A stretch of DNA of 62,331 nt, counting the filler, from Basidiobolus meristosporus CBS 931.73 (lineage: Eukaryota; Fungi; Basidiobolomycota), in assembly GCA_002104905.1 (NCBI GenBank). It is 5 parts of 5 records of this genome, joined end to end, with 100 filler letters (N's around TTAATTAATTAA, not from the genome) between each part and the next. Parts side by side here need not be neighbours in the genome. Positions count along the whole stretch, not along the records: positions 47,178 to 54,609 come from MCFE01001354.1; positions 54,710 to 62,331 come from MCFE01001350.1; 3 more parts are not named here. The stretch is one strand, 5' to 3'. The notes beneath the pieces are model-generated. The model was not told where the DNA came from and did no database searches. It saw nothing but the letters and a program-made list of their open reading frames with translations. Numbering within the stretch: the stretch's first letter is position 1; the number at the start of each line of letters is the position of its first letter. Below are positions 53,154-62,331 of the stretch, in pieces. A program made the position numbers and the translations under genes.

Positions 53154-53907
53154 TGTTGTAAGAGTCTTGGAGATATTGGAAGTGATTTGGAGAACAAGTA
53201 GATTATGTGGTTTTCACTTAATGATTTATTGAATGTAAAAGTAGTATTTATACTTTTACCTGGTCTTGGCACTACAAACACATAGAATAGGTTAAGGAAG
53301 GTCCCAAGAACATGTGTGCAAAGTTTGGGGCTGTTTGGACAACTTTGAGAATTTTCATGTTCTGGGTACCTGGTATTTTGGTGAAAATATTCTAAGTAAA
53401 TCCCGACAAGGAATTTGGTCAGTATTCTCTAGGGTTTGAAGGTGATGATCTAAGTGACTAAGTTAGGTGAATATTTAGGTGGAAATATGAATTTTTACAA
53501 CACTCCTACTCAGCTAAATGTTCATACTGACTAGTCCTAATTTTGACCTAAGATATTCAAACTTGTCTCTAGCTAATGGTTTGGTAAATATGTCTGCAAT
53601 CATTTCATCTGTAGGACAATAAACTAAGCTAATCAAGTTATTCTCTATAGCTTCTTGTATGAAATGATGTCTAATATCTATGTGCTTGGTTCTAGCATGA
53701 AAAGTTGGATTTCTACCTAATTGTATACATCCCTGATTATCTTGAAATAAAGTAATAGGCGTTTTTTGACATACGCCTAAATCTGTAAAGAGCTTTCTTA
53801 ACCACATTGCTTCTTTTGTTGCTTCACAGGCTGCCATATACTCTGCCTCTGTAGTAGAAAGTGCTACAGTTGGTTGCTTTCTTGAATTCCATGAAATGGC
53901 TCCTTTA
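53154..53907 (-). mobile_element. Copia-1 element E4 (3' LTR 53154-53502 + RNase H end) inserted in En-Spm copy B
   Basis: LTR, PPT-like tgagtaggag, STTEAEY...RTKHIDIRHH. Confidence 0.88.
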
Positions 53908-54609
53908 TGTTGTAAAAATTCGTATTTTCCACCTAAATATTCACCTAACTTAGTCACTTAGATCATCACCTTCAAATCCTAGAGAATACTGACCAAATTC
54001 CTTGTCGGGATTTACTTAGAATATTTTCACCAAAATACCAGGTACCCAGAACATGAAAATTCTCAAAGTTGTCCAAACAGCCCCAAACTTTGCACACATG
54101 TTCTTGGGACCTTCCTTAACCTATTCTACGTGTTTGTAATGCCAAGACCATGTAAAAGTATAAATACTACTTTTACATTCAATAAATCATTAAGTGAAAA
54201 CCACATAATCTACTTGTTCTCCAAATCACTTCCAATATCTCCAAGACTCTTACAACAGGTTATGAGCCCCGAGCTGTCACTCTCTGCAATGTCTACTACT
54301 GCTATTACTGGAATTTTTCCCTCTGCTGAAAAGTTGGATGGATCTAACTACCAAGTGTGGAAGGTGAAGATGAAGATGCTGCTGCAAGAAAGAGGCCTTT
54401 GGGATATTGTCATGGGAGAAGAATGCCCTCCTAAAAACGTGGGAGAGGAAGCCTTAAAGTACCAGAAGAAAGAACAAAGTGCCTTTAACTGCATTTGCCT
54501 TAATGTCAAGGACAAATTGCTAATTCAATGCTCAAGAGCAAAAACGGCAAAGAATGCCTGGAAGGCATTAGAAGACACCTACCAGTCATGTTCAGCTGCC
54601 AAGAAAATG
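53908..54609 (+). mobile_element. Copia-1 element E5 (5' LTR 53908-54257, PBS, gag start), inverted within E4
   Basis: TGTTGTAAAA...TACAACA, then ggttatgagcccc and an open gag frame up to the gap. Confidence 0.88.
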
Positions 54610-54709
54610 NNNNNNNNNNNNNNNNNNNNNNNNNNNNNNNNNNNNNNNNNNNNTTAATTAATTAANNNNNNNNNNNNNNNNNNNNNNNNNNNNNNNNNNN
54701 NNNNNNNNN

Positions 54710-56771
54710 TCCAGAGTCTAGTCCAGTAGGAAGGAAAGGAAAGCCAAGATATGTAGCAGAAACCTGAGCAGGTAGAGTGGAGTTCTCCAAGGTTGATGGG
54801 AGAGCCCAAAGGTACTGTCTTTGCAATGGAAAGCTGGAGATTATTCTTCTGCAGATACTGGTGGATGGTCTGGGAGTCTTGTTGCACATTGGAGGAGGAT
54901 ATTCTGATGTCATCAGCAAAGAGAGTAACCAGGCAGTCAGCTGAAAGTCTTGGGAAGTCATTCAGGAAGATGGCAAACAGTATAGGACCAAGCACAGAGC
55001 CTTGAACCACTCCATTAGGAACTGAGAACACAGTTGATTGCTCACTTGGGTGCAGAATTCTTGCTTGTGGATCCAGAAACAGAGACCTGACAAGGAGGGT
55101 GAGAGAGGTACTGGAGAAGCATTGCAACTTGGACCAAAGCAGATTTCTGTCAACTGAATCAAAGGCCTTAGTAATATCAAACAGAACAGAGGGATACTTG
55201 CACTGGAGAGAGTGATCTTGGCTAAGTATGACTGCATATTCCAAGGAGAGGCCAGGAACAAAGCCAAACTGTGCAGGATGAAACTTGAGGGAGTCAGAGT
55301 AGAGCTCCTGAGCAAGCAGAAGCTCAAACACCTTTCTGCAGGTGGGCAACAGAGATATTGGCCTGTAGGAGCTAGGATCCAGGTGCTTTCCTTTACCCTT
55401 GTACAGTGGCAGAACATTTGCAAAGGACCATTCCTCAGGAGTAGAAAGCTGGGCTGAGCATTGCTGAAACAGTGGAAGCAGAAGTGCAGACATGGCCTTG
55501 GTACTAGTCTTCAGAAGCTCATAAGAGATTGTGTCCACACCTGGAGCAGTAGAGTTGGGAAGCCTCTTGAGCACATTATGGATTCTCCTTTGATCAAGTG
55601 CAAGTGGGATGGGCAGAGTCTTGAAGTCAGGATGAAAGCCAGGAGTTGAGTACTGCTTTGTAGAGAAGAAGATGTTAGCCAGCTGTTCTGTTGAAGGTAA
55701 CTTCCTGGAAGAGGGCCTCATTGCTCTGTAGAGTCTTGATACTGTTCTTGTTATAGAGTTGGAAGATTGCAGAGGCAAAGAACTCATAATATGATCCCAG
55801 AGCTGAGTATGCAGAGTGTGGTGAATTGCCTTGGAGTGGTGTATTGCTGTCAGGAGGAGTTTCTCTGTTTTTGGGTTAGGGAAACTCAGGTAGCTTTGTT
55901 GCAGGGCTGAAACAATGGATTCCCATTTTCTTGAGGTAACAGCAGTAGTCTTGCATGGCAGTGAGAGGGAGGCAGACACCAGAATCAGATGCTTCACAAA
56001 GAGCCAGGCATAGTTGAGATCATCTGGCAGAGAAAGTAGCAAACTGGCAAGCTTCAAGTAGTTCCCAAAGTCTTTCTTCTGATTCTTGGTAGCTTTGTGG
56101 GTGAGCACAGTAAGTTTTGGCAGCTTCTTCTTCACAACTGGTTGCATAGAAAGGGACCAGGCTGGGTGGTCAGAGGCTCTCAAGGATCCTAGCTCAGCTC
56201 CAGAGAATTGCTTGACTTCATTCACAAAGTAGAGGGCAGCAGCAGAAGGGCAGATCCAGTCAACACATCTTTTCTCAGATTGAGCACCCAGTGCTAGCAG
56301 ATGGCTTTCTCTCAGGAAGTTCAGTAGGAATGTGAACCTTGGCTTCATTCTTGCAGTCAGAGTAGTCTTGTTCTCAGGATGGGGAATGTTGAGATCTCCA
56401 AGCAAGATAACAGGTGTTGATATAGATTGCTGGTATTGCTGAACTTTCTGGCAGATAACTTGCACTTCCTGAAGGGCAAGACTTGGAGGCAGATAGCAGA
56501 GCACCAGACTGATAGTTGGCAACTGGAGAGCAGCACAGTAAGGGGAGTAAAGAGGAACACAGAGCTGAGGAGTATTGATGGTAGAAGAGATGAAGCAGAT
56601 GGAGGAGGTATTCTTTGTTCTAGGAGTAGAAAAGTAATATAGATTAGTCAAAAGTATAGAGGGTAGCTGGACATCAATCAAACACAGGAGGGAAAATCTT
56701 GAAAGAAGTCTCTCTAGAGTTGGTCTTGATGGCTGTATGCTGTTGCAGTTAAGCAACAGTACTTCAGGTAG
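54710..56771 (-). pseudogene. LINE A5 ORF2 (APE endonuclease + RT), 1-bp insertion near 54790
   Basis: Near-identical to A6 ORF2 (five amino-acid differences visible before the frameshift). Confidence 0.88.
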
Positions 56772-57336
56772 TCAGGCAGAGGTTAGGGGGAGGAAAGTCA
56801 CCAAGTGGTGAAATCTTTATTTACTTATGACAAGTATCTAAAGAAGCCAAGTTAATCTGAAGTTATTCCTAGAAAGCTAGGTCTGAGAGATATCTTCCTG
56901 GTAAGCCAGGTCTAAGAGTTGAGAGGCTGAGTGGTACTATATTTCCTAGTTAGCTAGGTCTGAGAGAGGTTTCCTGGAAAGCCAGGCCTGAGAAGTGAGA
57001 ATCTGAATATATCTGAGCTAAGTTATACTGGTTTGCGGTAGCTGAATTGTGGCCGGAATGGCCAGTAGACTGGGGGAACTGAGATGAATTTCTTAGGGGG
57101 GAGGAAAGTCACCAAGTGGTGAAATCTTTATTTACTTATGACAAGTATCCAAAGAAGCCATGTTAATCTGAAGTAATTCCTAGAAAGCTAGGTCTGAGAG
57201 ATTAGGGTTAGGGGAGGGAAAGTCACCAAGGTAGGTGAAATCTTTATTTGATTTCAGACAAGTCTAACTACAAATAAAGAAGCCAGCTGGGAATAGAAGA
57301 TTCCCAAAGTAAATACTAAGTTGAATATGAATAAAT

Positions 57337-57977
57337 CTAAGCTAAAGTTAAGGCAGTATCCCAGAGTACACTGGAGTTCAGGTTCATGGGGGAGTGAAGT
57401 AGATAAGCTTGAGAGATATAATAATCTTTGAGGAAGTGGGTAACAGCAGGTGAAGGGGAGTTTTTGATAAGTGAAGTGAATCTTGAGAGCAGAGATTCCT
57501 CTAATGAGAAGGTCTTGTAAACTGGAGAATCAGGAAACTCTCCAGAGTGTGATGGTTGATAAATCTCATGTTGACAATCTTGGATAAGTTGTAACCTTGT
57601 TGCTTGAGATACATCCTATGCTCAGATATAGGAATAAACTCCACATTGGCAAAGTAGCAGACAGCCCAGTCAGTAGCAGGAGGCAAATCAGAAGTGGCAG
57701 GAAACTTTCTTTTGGTCTTGGGAGGAGCAGCAGGATGTCTTGAGGGAGCAGGAACAGACTTTTTGACAACTTCAGAGTAGGAAGAGTGAGCAGGAGCAGA
57801 TGATTCTTGGGGAGTCTTGTTGGCAGGAAGGGTTGGCACAGGGACAATAGATTCTTGCAGATCAGAGAAGGCAGAAAAGAGCTTTTGAACTTGCTTCTTG
57901 AGTAGAGCATTTTCAGCTTCAACAAGTGCAAGCCTTTCCTCAAGGAAAGAAATCTGAAGGGAATGGAGTGAAGGCAT
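57337..57977 (-). pseudogene. ORF1-only element C1: gag-like ORF1 homolog, frameshifted near 57530
   Basis: LPPATDWAVCYF...PISEHR...LSKIVNM aligns with A6 LPPASTWTVVYL...PISNIR...LSRIVNL; the shifted frame LLSRFTSLIKNSPSPAVTHFLK...LWDTA aligns with ILSFFAAIKRQAPSYDVAYFLK...LWDSA. Confidence 0.75.
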
Positions 57978-58019
57978 AAGAAATAAGAAGAAGAGGGTAA
58001 GATGGGGTGGGTGGGAGGG

Positions 58020-58359
58020 AAAATTAGCAGGGAGAAGAGAAGGAAGGAGCAAAAATTCCAGAAGTCAGAATTTATAGATGGATGGACAAGGGTAGATGGA
58101 TGGATTATTCCTGGGTTAGGAAAATTAGCAGGGAGAAGAGAAGGAAGGAGCAAAAATTCCAGAAGTCAGAATTTATAGATGGATGGACAAGGGTAGATGG
58201 ATGGATTATTCCTGGGTTAGGAAAATTAGCAGGGAGAAGAGAAGGAAGGAGCAAAAATTCCAGAAGTCAGAATTTATAGATGGATGGACAAGGGTAGATG
58301 GATGGATTATTCCTGGGTTAGGAAAATTAGCAGGGACAAGAGAAGGAAGGAGCAAAAAA
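58020..58359 (+). repeat. 101-bp tandem repeat, about 3.4 copies, each full unit ending GGGTTAGG
   Basis: Units start at 58020, 58121, 58222 and 58323. Confidence 0.95.
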
Positions 58360-58426
58360 GGGTTAGGGGGGGAGACAGTCACCAACAGGTGAAATCTTTA
58401 TTTCAGTTGAAACAAAGAAGCCAGCG

Positions 58427-61196
58427 CTACTGTTGTAGCTTTGATACAAGAGTGTGTAGCTGAGGGGAATTTGTAGGTAAGTTAATAAGAAGTGATGATA
58501 GTTCTTCAGTGCTCAAGACACTGTTCAGTGGGAAGGGGGGTAGCAAGAGAGGTAAGAATGACTTGTGAACAACATTAATGAGGGGAATGTGATAAGGATT
58601 GATATTCATCATAAAGGGAGTGTGCTGCTGCAGATATTGCTGCCAAAGGTCTGTCAAGTACTTCAGGTAGGCCAGCTTGGGTTTTTCTGACTGCAGAATA
58701 TAGTGAGCAAACTTCTTGACTTCAGGATCTCCAAGTATAGTTCTCCAGCAGGAGCCAGGTGTTGTGTGGTGTGTTCTCTTCCAGGCCTTAATCAGTGGGT
58801 TGTTGCAGTTGTGAAGTCTGAGGTATAATCTGGTTCTAAGGTAGAGAAGTCTGATCTTATAGGGCATAAACCCAAAAGCACCAAGAATAGCATGTCTGTA
58901 GGGGCATTCAGGCAAATGAGGACACCAAGGAGGTAATGCACCATACTGCAAACTTGTCAAGCTTAGTGCAGTCTCTAGAAGTAAGAGAGAGAAGTGGTAA
59001 GCCAAATTCCAGGACAGGGAAGACAAACTGCTTGAGTAGAAGGAGGCAGCTGGGAGCTGAAGTTGTAGGAGGAGTAACAGCCAGTAGCTTGTGGAGTGCC
59101 TGTCTTGCTAGGATAATTCTCTTCTTCAGGTGTGCTCCAGAGTCTAGTCCAGTAGGAAGGAAAGGAAAGCCAAGATATGTAGCAGAAACCTGAGCAGGTA
59201 GAGTGGAGTTCTCCAAGTTGATGGGAGAGCCCAAAGGTACTGTCTTTGCAATGGAAAGCTGGAGATTATTCTTCTGCAGATACTGGTGGATGGTCTGGGA
59301 GTCTTGTTGCACATTGGAGGAGGATATTCTGATGTCATCAGCAAAGAGAGTAACCAGGCAGTCAGCTGAGAGTCTTGGGAAATCATTCAGGAAGATGGCA
59401 AACAGTATAGGACCAAGCACAGAGCCTTGAACCACTCCATTAGGAACTGAGAACACAGCTGATTGCTCACTTGGGTGCAGAATTCTTGCTTGTGGATCCA
59501 GAAACAGAGACCTGACAAGGAGGGTGAGAGAGGTACTGGAGAAGCATTGCAACTTGGACCAAAGCAGATTTCTGTCAACTGAATCAAAGGCCTTAGTAAT
59601 ATCAAACAGAACAGAGGGATACTTGCACTGGAGAGAGTGATCTTGGCTAAGTATGACTGCATATTCCAAGGAGAGGCCAGGAACAAAGCCAAACTGTGCA
59701 GGATGAAACTTGAGAGAGTCAGAGTAGAGCTCCTGAGCAAGCAGAAGCTCAAACACCTTTCTGCAGGTGGGCAGCAGAGATATTGGCCTGTAGGAGCTAG
59801 GATCCAGGTGCTTTCCTTTACCCTTGTACAGTGGCAGAACATTTGCAAAGGACCATTCCTCAGGAGTAGAAAGCTGGGCTGAGCATTGCTGAAACAGTGG
59901 AAGCAGAAGTGCAGACATGGCCTTGGTACTAGTCTTCAGAAGCTCATAAGAGATTGTGTCCACACCTGGAGCAGTAGAGTTGGGAAGCCTCTTGAGCACA
60001 TTATGGATTCTCCTTTGATCAAGTGCAAGTGGGATGGGCAGAGTCTTGAAGTCAGGATGAAAGCCAGGAGTTGAGTACTGCTTTGTAGAGAAGAAGATGT
60101 TAGCCAGCTGTTCTGTTGAAGGTAACTTCCTGGAAGAGGGCCTCATTGCCCTGTAGAGTCTTGATACTGTTCTTGTTACAGAGTTGGAAGATTGCAGAGG
60201 CAAAGAACTCATAATATGATCCCAGAGCTGAGTATGCAGAGTGTGGTGAATTGCCTTGGAGTGGTGTATTGCTGTCAGGAGGAGTTTCTCTGTTTTTGGG
60301 TTAGGGAAGCTCAGGTAGCTTTGTTGCAGGGCTGAAACAATGGATTCCCATTTTCTTGAGGTAACAGCAGTAGTCTTGCATGGCAGTGAGAGGGAGGCAG
60401 ACACCAGAATCAGATGCTTCACAAAGAGCCAGGCAAAGTTGAGATCATCTGGCAGAGAAAGTAGCAAACTGGCAAGCTTCAAGTAGTTCCCAAAGTCTTT
60501 CTTCTGATTCTTGGTAGCTTTGTGGGTGAGCACAGTAAGTTTTGGCAGCTTCTTCTTCACAACTGGTTGCATAGAAAGGGACCAGGCTGGGTGGTCAGAG
60601 GCTCTCAAGGATCCTAGCTCAGCTCCAGAGAATTGCTTAACTTCATTCACAAAGTAGAGGGCAGCAGCAGAAGGGCAGATCCAGTCAACACATCTTTTCT
60701 CAGATTGAGCACCTAGTGCTAGCAGGTGGCTTTCTCTCAGGAAGTTCAGTAGGAATGTAGACCTTGGCTTCATTCTTGCAGTCAGAGTAGTCTTGTTCTC
60801 AGGATGGGGAATGTTGAGATCTCCAAGCAAGATAACAGGTGTTGATATAGATTGTTGGTATTGCTGAACCTTCTGGCATATAACTTGCACTTCCTGAAGG
60901 GCTAGACTTGGAGGCAGATAGCAGAGCACCAGACTGATAGTTGGCAACTGGAGAGCAGCACAGTAAGGGGAGTAAAGAGGAACACAGAGCTGAGGAGTAT
61001 TGATGGTAGAAGAGATGAAGCAGATAGAGGAGGTATTCTTTGTTCTAGGAGTAGAAAAGCAATATAGATTAGTCAAAAGTATAGAGGGTAGCTGGACATC
61101 AATCAAACACAGGAGGGAAAATCTTGACAGAAGTCTCTCTAGAGTTGGTCTTGATGGCTGTATGCTGTTGCAGTTAAGCAACAGAACTTCAGGTAG
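58427..61196 (-). CDS. LINE A6 ORF2: APE endonuclease + non-LTR reverse transcriptase (1-bp frameshift near 58922)
   Basis: LLNCNS, CYLPP, GDLN, VDWI, SDH; PGVD, YRPISLL, QFGF, DITKAFDSV, GVVQGSVLGP, FADD. Confidence 0.92.
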
Positions 61197-62324
61197 TCAG
61201 GCAGAGGTTGTAGCTTCTTCAGAGGCAGCATTAACAATGTGACCTGCAGAGTCCCAGAGCTCTTCAAATGGTGCATCACTTAAGTCAGCAAGGAGGGAAA
61301 TGGCATGGTTCTTGAGGAAGTATGCCACATCATAGGAGGGGGCTTGTCTCTTGATGGCAGCAAAGAAAGACAGAATGGCAACATGGGCTGGAGGCTTGCT
61401 GAACAGTAGAGAGTCAGAGGATTCAGATTCTTCAGGCACTATCTTGAAGTCAGTTTTCAGCCAGTTAAGGTTCTTCTCCACAAAGGCAACAAATGGGTCA
61501 GCAATGTTTTGGTCTAGGATAACCTCCAGAATCTTCCCTTTTCTCCAGGCCAGGTTGACAATTCTTGAGAGCTGAATATTGCATGCCTTGAGTGCTTTCC
61601 TGATGTTGGAAATGGGGGTCCAGGGAACTTGCTTCAAGTACACCACAGTCCAGGTAGAAGCTGGTGGTAGGTTTGCTGGGGGCTTGTAAGTCCTTCTGTG
61701 TTGCAATGGAGCTGCAGTAGTCAGATTGGAGTCCACATTCTCAGTAGAAGGTTTTCTTGATGTGTCTTGCTGAATAGTACTGGAGCTGGATGTGCTGATA
61801 ATTCTTGCTAGAACCTTGCCTGCATAAGTCTGAGGTATAGCTGAGGTGACTGTAGAGGTGGTGGCAGCTGGTGCAGGTGGAGAGGCAGAGACTGAAGCAG
61901 GAACTGAGGTCACCTGGGAGAAGGCAGTAGAAGCAGGTTTTCTGGGAGGAACAGAGTTCACTATCCAGTTGTTCTGTAAAACACTGGAGTAGCTTTTCTG
62001 TGGAACAGGATCTTGCTCTTGAACAGGAACAGAAGCAGGAGGCTGGGGCTGAGCAGTAGTGGTAAGGCAGTGGCACTCCAAGGAAGCTTTTTGCAAGGCA
62101 TCTCTGGCAGTTTTCAGGGCAGTATTGGCTTCATTCTTGAGCTTCTTGCATTGGGCATCCAGTCTCTTGTTTTCAATAGCCAGGGCAGTATTGGCAGCCT
62201 CTAAATCAGCAATTCTCTTCTCAATTGCAAGGAAATCTCTGAAGAAATGCATCAGTAGAAGTGCTGGCATCTGGGAGAGCAGTGCAGGAATAGAGTCCAT
62301 TGACAGTGGGCTTCTTGGAGGCAA
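61197..62324 (-). CDS. LINE A6 ORF1 (coiled coil, S/T/P-rich linker, conserved C-terminal domain)
   Basis: 375-codon open frame immediately upstream of, and in frame with, ORF2. Confidence 0.85.
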   Translation of the reverse strand: MPPRSPLSMDSIPALLSQMPALLLMHFFRDFLAIEKRIADLEAANTALAIENKRLDAQCKKLKNEANTALKTARDALQKASLECHCLTTTAQPQPPASVPVQEQDPVPQKSYSSVLQNNWIVNSVPPRKPASTAFSQVTSVPASVSASPPAPAATTSTVTSAIPQTYAGKVLARIISTSSSSTIQQDTSRKPSTENVDSNLTTAAPLQHRRTYKPPANLPPASTWTVVYLKQVPWTPISNIRKALKACNIQLSRIVNLAWRKGKILEVILDQNIADPFVAFVEKNLNWLKTDFKIVPEESESSDSLLFSKPPAHVAILSFFAAIKRQAPSYDVAYFLKNHAISLLADLSDAPFEELWDSAGHIVNAASEEATTSA

Positions 62325-62331
62325 GGAAAGT

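Larger units (their letters stand above)
54710..62331 (-). mobile_element. Telomere-repeat-associated LINE array 2: A5 54710-56780, B2 56781-57092, B3 57093-57202, C1 57203-58359, A6 58360-62331+
   Basis: All four visible junctions carry TTAGGG-type seeds followed by the conserved hairpin/AATAAA module; all units have the same polarity. Confidence 0.92.

Noticed and set aside
54654-54709. ORF ends such as 'XXXLIN' in 54654-56756, 20348-20647 and 27947-30562
   Set aside because: They are read through Ns into the linker and are not real C-termini.
58020-58359. 101-bp repeats as a CRISPR array
   Set aside because: Units are contiguous and near-identical with no unique spacers; no cas genes; eukaryotic context.
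57566-58392. ORFs 57566-58153, 58082-58279 and 58183-58392 as proteins
   Set aside because: They are low-complexity frames through the 101-bp repeat or shadow frames of the C1 ORF1.
58427-62324. Penelope-like (Athena/Coprina) or RLE-type (MoTeR) identity for the telomeric elements
   Set aside because: ORF2 has an N-terminal APE domain (GDLN, SDH) and non-LTR RT motifs (YRPISLL, KAFDSV, QGSVLGP); no GIY-YIG or C-terminal restriction-like nuclease motif seen.

Overview
Eukaryotic, almost entirely transposon-derived heterochromatin. The element types, fungal-type tRNAiMet primer site and strong CpG depletion suggest an early-diverging fungus (inference). No host gene, rRNA, tRNA or CRISPR array is supportable. 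The window is five contigs joined by fixed 100-bp gaps (44 N + TTAATTAATTAA + 44 N), so adjacency across gaps is unproven. It holds nested Ty1/copia elements of two families, two chromodomain-type Ty3/gypsy families, a CACTA/En-Spm family with MITEs, and an IS5/Harbinger-like DDE family. The most striking content is two same-polarity head-to-tail arrays of non-LTR retroelements (21012-23746 and 54710-62331). Nearly every unit begins on the + strand with a short TTAGGG-type seed, then a conserved hairpin/AATAAA 3' module, and most are 5'-truncated. The arrays contain at least four families: an autonomous ORF1 + APE-RT LINE whose ORFs are in frame across a UGA-CUA stop, a second RT-bearing family, an ORF1-only (HeT-A-like) element with a 101-bp tandem repeat containing GGGTTAGG, and a short apparently non-coding unit. 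Together this looks like a telomere-targeted or telomere-elongating retrotransposon system, with the chromosome end predicted to lie beyond position 62331.
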